Assembly: GCA_965205655.1 (NCBI GenBank)
Contig: CBDBIJ010000035.1
Location: forward strand, 1 to 58,213
DNA: 58,213 bases
Direction of reading: 5' to 3'
From: Candidatus Latescibacterota bacterium
GTDB taxonomy: Bacteria > Latescibacterota > UBA2968 > UBA8231
Shown here: piece by piece, positions 19,161 through 28,163 of the stretch
Position numbering within the stretch: position 1 is the stretch's first letter
How the letters are laid out: each line of letters starts with the position of its first letter
Notes under the pieces: generated by a model
The model's database searches: none
What the model was told of the DNA's origin: nothing
Seen by the model: only the letters and a program-made list of their open reading frames with translations
Translations under genes and position numbers: made by a program

Positions 19161-20309
19161 AAGCTCCCTCCTTCGACCAGCGGCAAGCCGACCGGCCTGC
19201 CACGGACGATTGACCAGTATCCGGCCGTGAGAATCTCCACTAGATCGCGGGCCTGTCGCATCGAATAGGCAGGAGGGCGATCGTCATCGAGGGCGGACAC
19301 GAAATCCTCGAGTCCGGCGGCCAGTCCCGCGGTGTCGTCGGATATCGGCACGGATACGCTCGGCGGGGCCGAGTGCCACTGCATCGGGTCCTCTGGCGAT
19401 GGGTGGTAGTCGCCGGCGACGATGTCGTGCCGGATGAAGGCATCGACGGCAGGGCGCTTGCTGTCTATCAGGACGCTGCCCTCCGTACCCACCAGCCAGG
19501 CCCGCGCTGGCCCGCCAGCCGGATGGGCTGCTGTACCGATACGGCCGGCGCACAAAGAGCAGATGCGGCCCTCGGCATCGACCAATGTGAGGGTGCCGAA
19601 GTCATCGGCGCCACGGGCAGCGTGTTCGGGAAAGAAGTGTGCGCCGGCGTGGCCAAGCACCCTCGACGATGGGACCGCAACAGCTCTGAATCAGGCCGAC
19701 GGCGTAGGCTCCGACTGCGAGCAGCTCCCGCTTCAGGTCGGGAAACTTCCAGCGCCCCGGCGGCAGGAAGGGGAGTGCGGGGTCAGACTCAGGGATGGGG
19801 CGCGGCCAACCTTTGCCGAACATGATGTCGACGTGCACGCCAAGAGTCGTTCCTAGCGTTCCGCTCTCGATCGCACGCTGGCTCTGGCGAACCAACTGAC
19901 CGTACCCGAAACTCGGGATGATGGCGCGAACACCGCTCGATTCAACCGCCGCGACAGCTGCATCGCACTCGGCTACTGTTGCACCGATGTACTTGTCGAT
20001 CCACAGATGTTTGCCTGCCCTGGCACTGCGCGCCGCGAGATCGGCCCGTCGCTCGATCTCGTGCCCGATACTGACAATGTCGATTCCGTCGAGCTCGAGC
20101 GCCTTCCCCACACCTTCGATGTAGGGTACTCCGAGTTCCTTCGCCCAGCGCTCGTTGGCAGCCTTCAATTCCGGCTCGATGTCGCCTTCGTCCGCGACTG
20201 CGACGATGTCGGTGCGCGGGTGCCGCTGGTAGAGCGGCACGAAACTGGGCTGGTGGCTGTGCTTGCTGAAGCTGAGGAGGAGAACGCCGTAGGCGCTGTC
20301 CGTTGTCAT
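19157..20309 (-). pseudogene. Gfo/Idh/MocA oxidoreductase with +1 frameshift at ~19660
   Basis: Motifs DIVSIGHEIERRAD and AGKHLWIDK. Removing one G from GAGGGTG joins GPIVE to VLGHAGAHFFPEH. Confidence 0.8.
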
Positions 20310-20467
20310 CGGACGTGGCTGTCGAGTGAGGCGTTTGGCGGTTGGCAGGTACCTGGAGAGTTCAAATTCGAAGAAGTCTGACCCATGGAGCCTGTCGACT
20401 CCTCGGACTCAAGACACATGGAGTACCGCTGGGGTGTTCGGTGAGTGACCGTCGGAAGCAGGAGAAT

Positions 20468-20805
20468 CTACCAGCGAGTGAGATTCCCCATGATTTTGTC
20501 GAGATCTTTCTGTAGCTCTTCCTTTTCTTCCTGCAACCCTCGGATACGATCCTCGCCGCGCTCGATAGAGTTCGCCATCTCGCTCAAGCGTTGCTCGAGC
20601 TGGGCAGAGCGTTCGGCCAGCTTTGCATTCTGCTCCGTCACCTCCCCGCGCTGCCGTTGCTTCTCATCGAGCTCTTCGCGCAGCGTGGCGATCCTGATCT
20701 CCGTTTCGCGGATTTTCTTGTCGGCTTCTTCCCGAAGTCGCTGCCGTTCAACTTCCAACTCTTTGTCGAGCTGGGCCCGCTTCTCCTCGAGCGAGCGCTC
20801 TTTTT
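20468..20805 (-). pseudogene. C-terminal fragment of a long coiled-coil protein, 5' part removed at an IS256 end
   Basis: About 112 aa of E/K/R/Q/L heptads ending KIMGNLTRW*. The reading frame runs into the IS end. Confidence 0.75.
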
Positions 20806-21880
20806 GGTCAAGGCCCAGTTTCAGTTGAAACAAATCACAGGCTCGGGTGAGTGTGTCAGCCCATCATCGCGAGCTGTTTGATGCCGAGTTCGGCTTGTAT
20901 GGCTTGCCGGAGCATCGGCAGATGGCGATAGCCCTTGACCCTGCGCAGACGTGGTTCGATGTCGAGCAGTGCCGTGGCTACCCAACGGTGACGCTGTGAT
21001 GAGTTGGTCCAGCGTCGCACGTTGTGTGTGAGCTGCTCCAGGAGACTGTTGACGTTCTCGATGCAGTTGGTGGTGCGGAAGGAATCCTTGAGCATCGGCG
21101 TCAGTCCCAACCGATGGAGTGTGAGGGTCTCTTCCATGCCTTCCTCGAGGCTGTGTAGGGCGGACTGATTCATCAACTTCAAGCCCGGTTTGAGCGCGTC
21201 CAGTGCCGCCTTGGCCGCCTCGTATCTCGGTTTGCCGTAGGCCGCCTCCATCTTGCGACCCATACCGGACTGCTCGCTCTTGGACAGATACGACACGACG
21301 TTCTGGCGCTTGTGATACTGGCAGCGCTGCACGCAGGCATGTCCTTTGAGCACCGACATCACCGCCTTGTAAAGCCCCTTGGCGCCGTCGATGACGACCA
21401 ACAGTCCGGCTTCGTACTGCATACCGCGTTCGACCAGATCGGACAGGAAGCGACGGCAGACGCGCTCGTTTTCCGTGGCCGCCTGCACGAAGCCAAGAGG
21501 AATTTTCTGTCCGTCGAGGGTGACGCCCAGGGCGATGATGATCTCCTCGTCCGCGAAGCTCTTGCCGTCGAGGAATAGCGCCACCAGATCATATCCTTCC
21601 AGGGATCGCTCCTGGAATTCAGCCAGCTTTCGAGCCGTGCCTTTCACGTAACGACGGGACACCGATGAGGATGACAGACCAAAGGCCTCGGGTACGGCCT
21701 CAGCGCAGGCCTCGTAGTTGCGCGTGGCGATGCCCTTCAGCATCCGCAACAGCAGACCTTCGTCCATCTGTCGAGGCGTCTGCAGTGCCTGGTAAACATC
21801 CAGCGGGACCTCGGTATGGTTGGCCACGTTGCGCACCCGCGGCACATCGACGGGTAGTTTCTGGTCGGCCAGGTACACCG
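20806..21880 (-). mobile_element. IS256-family lineage A copy 3, 5'-truncated
   Basis: Right end at 20806. Identity to copy 2 stops at 21880, so the first ~83 codons and left IR are missing. Confidence 0.9.
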
Positions 21881-21885
21881 GCATG

Positions 21886-23248
21886 GTCCCGATCTTAGTT
21901 GAAACAGCACAGGCTCCCCATCGTTACCTTCTTACGAGAAATCACGGAAGAAGCGCGTCAAACGCACGGTTGAAATCGGCACCGTGGATCCAGCGGCAGG
22001 AGCTGTGGCAGAGGATCTGGATGCTAGAATCGAGGCGATCCAGCTGCTGGTCCCTCTCGGACTGGAGGCGGTGGCCGAAGAGCTGCAGAGGGCGGTCATG
22101 GAATTGGCCGGGCGCCGGTATCAACGCAAGGAGTCAGATCAGCCGTACCGTCGCTGGGGCTCTCAGCGGGGATCGGTATATCCGGGTGATCAGAAGGTAC
22201 CCGTAGAGGTGCCCCGGGTACGCAACGTCGACAGCGACACGGAGGTCGCGCTGGACGCCTACCAGGCCCTGCAGACGCCCCGGAAAATGGACGAAGGACT
22301 GCTGCAGAAGGTGTTGAAGGGTATCGCCACTCGCAACTACGAGGACTGCGCCGAGACCGTACCGGAGACGTTCGGCCTGTCACGCTCGTCGGTCTCCCGT
22401 CGCTACGTGAAGGGCACGGCTCGCAAGCTGGCCGAATTCCAGGAGCGCTCCCTGGAAGGCTACGACCTGGTGGCGCTGTTTCTCGACGGCAAGAGCTTCG
22501 CGGACGAAGAGCTCATCATCGCTCTGGGCGTCACCCTTGACGGGCACAAGATCCCGCTGGGTTTCGTGGAGGCCGCCACCGAGAACGAGCGCGTCTGTCG
22601 CCGCTTCCTGGCCGACTTGGTCGACAGGGGCCTGCAATACGAGGCCGGGTTGCTGGTGTTGATCGACGGCGCCAAGGGCCTCTACAAGGCGGTAATGTCG
22701 GTGCTGAAGGGCCATGCCTGTGTGCAGCGCTGCCAGTATCACAAGCGCAAGAACGTCGTGTCGTACCTGCCGAAAAGTGAACAGGCCCGAGTCCGTCGCA
22801 AGATTGAGGCGGCCTACAATAAGCCCACCTACGAAGAGGCGAAGGCGACCCTGAAAGCGCTCAAGCCCGGTCTGAAACTGATGAACCAATCTGCTCTGAA
22901 GAGCCTCGAGGAAGGCCTGGAAGAAACCCTGACGCTCCATCGCCTGGGACTGATGCCGATGCTCAAGGATTCCTTCCGCACCACCAACTGCATCGAGAAC
23001 GTCAACAGCCTCCTGGGCCAGCTCACGCGCAACGTGCGGCACTGGACGAACTCCTCGCAGCGTCACCGCTGGGCAGCCACGGCGCTGCTCGACATCGAGG
23101 ACCGACTGCGCAGAGTCAAGGGCTACCACCACCTGTCAACGCTCCGTCAAGCTCTTCAAACCAAGCTCGGCATCAAACAGCTCGCGATGACGGGCTGAGA
23201 ACATCACCCGAGCCTGTGCTCCGTTTCAACTGAAAATGGGACTTGACC
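21886..23248 (+). mobile_element. IS256-family lineage B copy 2, inverted; clipped left IR and 58-bp deletion of RBS and ATG
   Basis: Near-identical to 10813-12239. The junction GAGAAATC/ACGGAAG at 21943/21944 lacks the AAAGGAGCCTGCAATG segment. The rest of the frame (to 23198) is open. Confidence 0.9.
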
Positions 23249-23703
23249 AATCCGTCAACCGCCTCAGACAGTGTGTTGCGATCCTCTGCCGTGGCCCTCG
23301 CCGGGCTGCCGATGACGGCGCGAATCTCCTGGCCGGGAGTCGGTTCGGCCAGTTCGATGATATAGCTGACGAGGTGGTGTATGGCCTCAGCCTCCCGGTC
23401 GTCGACGTCGGGCTCTCCTCCGTCACCCTCTTCCCCTGCGGGGCGATGTCTGAATACACCGTGCTCGAGTGGCCAGATCATGTCCACGGCCATGCGGTTT
23501 TCGAGGCACTCGTCTCCGATGACGACCTTTTTTTGTAGGAACTTGTAGGAGATGAGGTCCTTGGGCCATCCGACGACGCTCATGACGGTGCGCCGCAGGC
23601 CCGTGCTCGTGACGATGGAACTCTGCGACGTGCACAGATCGAGGCCGACGTAGAGGATTTCTCCTTCCTGCGATTCAGTCGCAGCCGCAGCTTCTACGCC
23701 CAT
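23249..23703 (-). pseudogene. MamK-like bacterial actin (MreB/MamK family), N-terminal ~151 aa, truncated by IS256
   Basis: YVGLDLCTS (phosphate-1 loop, DLGTS with G>C), SVVGWPKD, VVIGDE, WPLEHGV, DREAEAIHHLVSYIIELAEP and EIRAVIGSPARAT, colinear with MamK as I recall it. Confidence 0.82.
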
Positions 23704-23848
23704 AAATAGTTAGTAGCTTGGAGTTGGTAACGGGAAATTCGGGATGCCTGTAAAACGCGCTAATTCTCTATTTTGCAACCAAATAAGGGGTGGATCGGCG
23801 GAATGTCAAGGAAATTTCGAGGCGTCAAGGCAGCGCTCGCGATGGGGT

Positions 23849-24856
23849 TCACTGCCCGGATCCTGGCAGGAACCGGGTGGTAAAGGCCCTTCTCGGCTCC
23901 ACCGCCGCTGAGTCGATTAGACCGGCCTCGACCATTTGCAGAGTGAGAGTGCGCCATCGCAGAAGCGTCATGTGACCGACGCCGAAACCGGACGCCGTAG
24001 AGTCCAGAACGAGAGCGCGCGACATGCGGGAACCGGCCGCCAGAATTTCCAGGTCGAGTTCCGGATTGCGGCTGAGGATGTGCCGATTCGTTTCGACCGG
24101 GTCTTTCAGGTAGTGTTTCCACCCGGCGACGGAGGCCTCCGTCACGGCCCGCACGAGTTTCGGTCGCTCCCTCACCGTCTGCGCGCTCGCGATCAAGAGA
24201 CTGGCATAGGGATTGAAGCCCGTATCGGCGACCATGAGGGTGCGGACATCCACACCCTCACGCCGCGCGATGACGGGTTCGCTGAAGACGTAGCCTTGCT
24301 GGGCGTAGCGTGAGTCGCCGAGGAATCGGGCGACGCCGCCGTGGTAGGGGACGATGGTAACTCCCTCGAAGTCGTACCGGTGCCGAAGGAAATGAGAAAA
24401 CGCCGGCCGCTGCGACAGGGCGAGGGTAACGTCAGCGATCTCGGCAATGCTGGCGATGTCGGATTGTGCGTGCACCATTATGCAGCGCGGATTCGTCTGA
24501 TACGGCGCCATCAGCGCAATCACCGGCGCTCCGGCGGCCCGCGCGTTGATAATGCCGTCGGCGTTCGTGACGCCGAATTCGACCTGCCCTGTGGCCAGGC
24601 GCTGGATGACCGGCGCGTCCGGACCTCCACCAAGCACCTCCACTGTGACGCCCCTGTCTTCGAAGTAGCCGTGAACGAGGGCAGCGTAGTAGCCGCCGTG
24701 CTCCGCCTCTGGGAACCAGTTGAGAGCCAGCTTCACCGCAGCAGCGGATCCGTCCGGATATTCGGGACGGTCCTCCTTCTCCCCACACGCTCCGAGACCC
24801 AACACCACTGAGAGCAGTTCAGCGATTCCGAGACGGCGCGCCGCTGTCCGAGTCAC
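23849..24856 (-). CDS. ABC transporter substrate-binding lipoprotein, NMT1/THI5 (SsuA/TauA-like) family
   Basis: GTG start overlapping the permease stop, lipobox LGAC, motif LNWFPEAEHGGYYAA..GYF. Confidence 0.88.
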   Translation of the reverse strand: MTRTAARRLGIAELLSVVLGLGACGEKEDRPEYPDGSAAAVKLALNWFPEAEHGGYYAALVHGYFEDRGVTVEVLGGGPDAPVIQRLATGQVEFGVTNADGIINARAAGAPVIALMAPYQTNPRCIMVHAQSDIASIAEIADVTLALSQRPAFSHFLRHRYDFEGVTIVPYHGGVARFLGDSRYAQQGYVFSEPVIARREGVDVRTLMVADTGFNPYASLLIASAQTVRERPKLVRAVTEASVAGWKHYLKDPVETNRHILSRNPELDLEILAAGSRMSRALVLDSTASGFGVGHMTLLRWRTLTLQMVEAGLIDSAAVEPRRAFTTRFLPGSGQ

Positions 24857-25638
24857 GAGAGATGCCAGTCCCAGCGCTTCATGATCACCCGGCTGACGGC
24901 GCTGGCGAGGGTGAAAAACGCCAACCCTAACAACGTCGAACACAGAACGGCGGCGAAGAGGTAGTCGGTCCTGGTCTGGGCGTTCGTGAGGATGATGAGA
25001 TATCCCAGGCCGTAGTCCTCCGCTCCGTAACCGGCGAAGAATTCACCGACGATCGCTCCGATGACGGACAGTCCGCACGAGATCTTGGCTCCGGCCAGGA
25101 TGGAAGGCACGGCATTCGGCAGCTGAAGCCTTGTGAGCATCTGCCATCGCGAGGCGTCGTTGAGCGTGAAAAGGTCGATCAGGTCGGGGTGTACGGACGT
25201 AAGGCCAGACGTGGCGTTGACGATGATGGGGAACAGGGAGAGGATGAAGGAGACGGCGATGACTCCGATGAGTCCGTGGCCGATCCACAAGACGATGAGC
25301 GGCGCCACGGCGACGATCGGCACCGTCTGCAGAAAAATTGCGTAGGGATAGAGGCTTCGTTCGACGATCCTTGACTGCGAAAAGAGGATGGCGACGCAAA
25401 GCCCGACGCCAAAGCTGGTGATAAACCCCGCGGCCGCACCGACGGCCGTCAGGTAGACGGCGTGGTTCAGAGTCGCAAAATGGCTGGAAAATGCCTGCGC
25501 CACCAGGAGCGGACCCGGCAGGAGAAATGGTTGCAGGTCGAAGGTGGAAACGACCCACTGCCACAGGATGAGGACGAGGAGTAGTGAGGCCAACGGCGGG
25601 CAGACGGCCGTCACGAGTGCTGTCACCCTGTCCTTCAT
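24853..25638 (-). CDS. ABC transporter permease, NitT/TauT family
   Basis: Motifs LQTVPIVAVAPL, LPNAVPSILAG and GAIVGEF. Confidence 0.92.
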   Translation of the reverse strand: MKDRVTALVTAVCPPLASLLLVLILWQWVVSTFDLQPFLLPGPLLVAQAFSSHFATLNHAVYLTAVGAAAGFITSFGVGLCVAILFSQSRIVERSLYPYAIFLQTVPIVAVAPLIVLWIGHGLIGVIAVSFILSLFPIIVNATSGLTSVHPDLIDLFTLNDASRWQMLTRLQLPNAVPSILAGAKISCGLSVIGAIVGEFFAGYGAEDYGLGYLIILTNAQTRTDYLFAAVLCSTLLGLAFFTLASAVSRVIMKRWDWHLS

Positions 25639-26465
25639 CGAGATCCCGATTCGAGCCTTTCAGACACTCTCTGCACGGTGCGGGTGAATTCCGATTGACC
25701 GCGCAGCGCGCGGGTGCGCGGATACGGGAATGACACCGATTCCTCGGCGAGGAAGCGCCCCGGCCGCGGACTCATGACGAGAACGCGCTGGCTCAGGAAC
25801 ACCGCTTCACCCACGTTGTGGGTGACGAACAGGCAGGTCCAGCGATTCCTTTCCCACAAGGCGAGCAGGTCCTCGTTGAGCCGCAGGCGCGACAGTTCGT
25901 CCAGGGCGCCGAAGGGCTCATCCATGAGTAGCAAGTTCGGCGCAATCGCCAGAGCACGCGCAATGGAGACGCGCATGCGCATGCCGCCGGACAGCTGCCT
26001 CGGCGATAGATGGGCGGCGTCGCTGAGCCCGACCATGTTCAGCGCTCCCGAGATTCGCCGCTGTCTCTCGACGGCCGGCATGCCCTGGAGCTCGAGCGGG
26101 AGCGCGACGTTGTCCTCTACTTGTCGCCACGGCAGTAGCGTGGGGTCCTGGAGGACGTACGCCAGCGCCACGTCTCGACGACCGCTCTTGGGAGTGCGAT
26201 CACCGACGGTGATCTCTCCGGATGTGGGAGATGTCAGGCCGGCAACCAGGCGCAGGAGGGTCGATTTGCCGCAACCGGAAGGGCCCACGAGAGACACGAA
26301 CTCCCCTGCCCGCACGGCCAGATCGATTCCAGTGAGGGCGCGTAGCTCGCCGGCCCCGGGACGGCTGTCCGCGAACAGTTTCCCGACATTCGCCGCGACA
26401 ATCATCTCAGGCGCAATGGCGACGGGTGAATCCGCGGGCCCTACGCGCCTCTCTCGTTTCCCCAC
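25635..26465 (-). CDS. ABC transporter ATP-binding protein, NitT/TauT family (start 26465 or 26405)
   Basis: Motifs GPSGCGKS, LSGGMRMR, LLMDEPFGALD and VTHN. Confidence 0.93.
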   Translation of the reverse strand: MGKRERRVGPADSPVAIAPEMIVAANVGKLFADSRPGAGELRALTGIDLAVRAGEFVSLVGPSGCGKSTLLRLVAGLTSPTSGEITVGDRTPKSGRRDVALAYVLQDPTLLPWRQVEDNVALPLELQGMPAVERQRRISGALNMVGLSDAAHLSPRQLSGGMRMRVSIARALAIAPNLLLMDEPFGALDELSRLRLNEDLLALWERNRWTCLFVTHNVGEAVFLSQRVLVMSPRPGRFLAEESVSFPYPRTRALRGQSEFTRTVQRVSERLESGSR

Positions 26466-27124
26466 AACTCAATCTGGAGTCTTCCGGTAAAGTTGAGACT
26501 CTCTCGCTTGCAAATCGCCGCCACGAGCCGCCCGCGCTCGAGCAGTTCGTCCGCGGTCACAGCTTGCGGCATCAGACAGACCTTGTGGCGCGGAATACGC
26601 TGCTCGCGGATGAGATCGAGGATCTCGGGAACGTCCCCTTCGCCTTCGACGACGAATTTGAACTGACAGTCCGCGCTGCTTCCGAGGAAGAGCGGCAGCA
26701 GGTCATTTCGGTTGTTGCTCTGATGAACGGCCAGCTCGGAATGGTGTTCCCACGGATAGCTGTTGCGCAGCTTGGGCGATATGCTGAAGAAATCCGGTTT
26801 GACGCGGGCGTCGTAAATCGTTCCAGCGGTTTCGATCGTGACGAAGTGGCCGCGTTTCCTCAGGGCATCGACCAGCTCGGCCAGGTCCCGCTGTATCATC
26901 GGCTCTCCGCCGGTGATCACCACATGCTCGACGTGACGCCACGGCAGCGAGTCCTCGAGGACCGACTCCACTTCCCGGATGACACCTTCACACGCCCAGG
27001 AGGTATACGGTGTATCACACCAGATGCACCGCAGGTTGCAACCGGAGGTGCGGATGAAGACGGAGGGACGACCGGTGTAGAGGCCCTCACCCTGGAGCGC
27101 CAGGAATACTTCTGAGATCAGCAG
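26441..27124 (-). CDS. queE: 7-carboxy-7-deazaguanine synthase (radical SAM), CTG start
   Basis: Extending the track ORF upstream gives LLISEVFLALQGEGLYTGRPSVFIRTSGCNLRCIWCDTPYTSW, then ITGGEP, TIETAGT and SISPKL. Confidence 0.9.
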   Translation of the reverse strand: MLISEVFLALQGEGLYTGRPSVFIRTSGCNLRCIWCDTPYTSWACEGVIREVESVLEDSLPWRHVEHVVITGGEPMIQRDLAELVDALRKRGHFVTIETAGTIYDARVKPDFFSISPKLRNSYPWEHHSELAVHQSNNRNDLLPLFLGSSADCQFKFVVEGEGDVPEILDLIREQRIPRHKVCLMPQAVTADELLERGRLVAAICKRESLNFTGRLQIELWGNERGA

Positions 27125-27131
27125 TCTGGTC

Positions 27132-27464
27132 CTACCCCGCGAGCTGGTTTATCTTTGCAGCGCAGATGAAATCGTTTTCCGACATGCCGTCAATGGCATG
27201 GGTCCAGAATTTGACCTTGCACTGCCGGAAGTCGACCTCCAGATTGGGATGGTGTCCTTCGGCGTTCGCCACCCACGCCACGGCGTTCACGAAGGAGACC
27301 GTCTGGTAGTAGTTGTTGAAGTCGAACGTCCTCTCGATGTGTCCATCCACGAAAGCCCAATCCTCGATTTGTGGCATCATGGCGTCGATTTCTTCCGACG
27401 TCATGGCAGGCATGCCACGTTCGCAGGGCTTGCAGCTCTTGGATGTCAGCTCAGTGATTGCCAT
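27132..27464 (-). CDS. phhB: Pterin-4-alpha-carbinolamine dehydratase
   Basis: Motifs CKPCERG, EGHHPNL and WTHAIDGMSENDFICAAKI. Confidence 0.93.
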   Translation of the reverse strand: MAITELTSKSCKPCERGMPAMTSEEIDAMMPQIEDWAFVDGHIERTFDFNNYYQTVSFVNAVAWVANAEGHHPNLEVDFRQCKVKFWTHAIDGMSENDFICAAKINQLAG

Positions 27465-27623
27465 CGCAGGATCTCCGGTTCGGGTGCTTTGCCCCACCGG
27501 AAGACGGAACTCCACAGCGTTCCGGTCGGTCTTAAAACGAGCGAAAAGGAAGATAGTCGCCACCGCGTATCGGCTCAACTCCCTACAACAGATTCCCTTG
27601 CGTTCGACGATGAGGAAGAATAG

Positions 27624-28163
27624 ATGGAGCACTTGATCAAGGATCTCATCCACGCCATGGGAGACGATCCCGAGCGGGAAGGTCTGTTGGAGACACCAGC
27701 GCGTGCCGGCAAAGCTATCGAGTTCCTGACAAAGGGATACGGCGAGACGGTGGAGGAGGTCGTGGGGGATGCCATCTTCTCTTCGTCGACGGACGAAGTC
27801 GTCATCGTCAAAAACATCGAGTTGTACTCGCTTTGCGAGCACCACTTGCTGCCTTTTTTCGGCAAATGTCATGTCGGCTACATTCCAAAGGGACGCATCA
27901 TCGGCCTGTCCAAGGTTGCCCGCGTGATCGACGTCTTTGCCAGACGCCTGCAGATTCAGGAAGAGCTCACGCGGCAGATCGCCGAAGCCATCATGAATGC
28001 TCTCCAACCGGTCGGCGTCGGCGTCATCGTCGAGGCGAAGCATCTGTGCATGATGATGCGGGGTGTGGAAAAGCAGAACTCGGAGATGACCACATCCTGC
28101 ATGCTGGGCGCCTTCAGGGACAACGCGCAGACGCGATCCGAATTCCTGAGTCTCATCCACTGA
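27624..28163 (+). CDS. folE: GTP cyclohydrolase I
   Basis: Motifs [36 protein letters not shown] and HLCMMMRGV. Confidence 0.97.
   Translation: MEHLIKDLIHAMGDDPEREGLLETPARAGKAIEFLTKGYGETVEEVVGDAIFSSSTDEVVIVKNIELYSLCEHHLLPFFGKCHVGYIPKGRIIGLSKVARVIDVFARRLQIQEELTRQIAEAIMNALQPVGVGVIVEAKHLCMMMRGVEKQNSEMTTSCMLGAFRDNAQTRSEFLSLIH

Noticed and set aside
9467..23248. Intact composite transposon carrying 12240-20805
   Set aside because: No pair of outer IS ends shares a target duplication, and the flanking genes on each side are unrelated fragments.
23249..23703. A magnetosome island
   Set aside because: Only a truncated MamK-like gene is present, with no other mam/mms/mad gene recognisable. MamK-like actins also occur in non-magnetotactic bacteria.
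27833..28159. S8 protease starting at 27833 inside folE
   Set aside because: This implies a 330-nt overlap with non-protein-like sequence ahead of a clear signal peptide.
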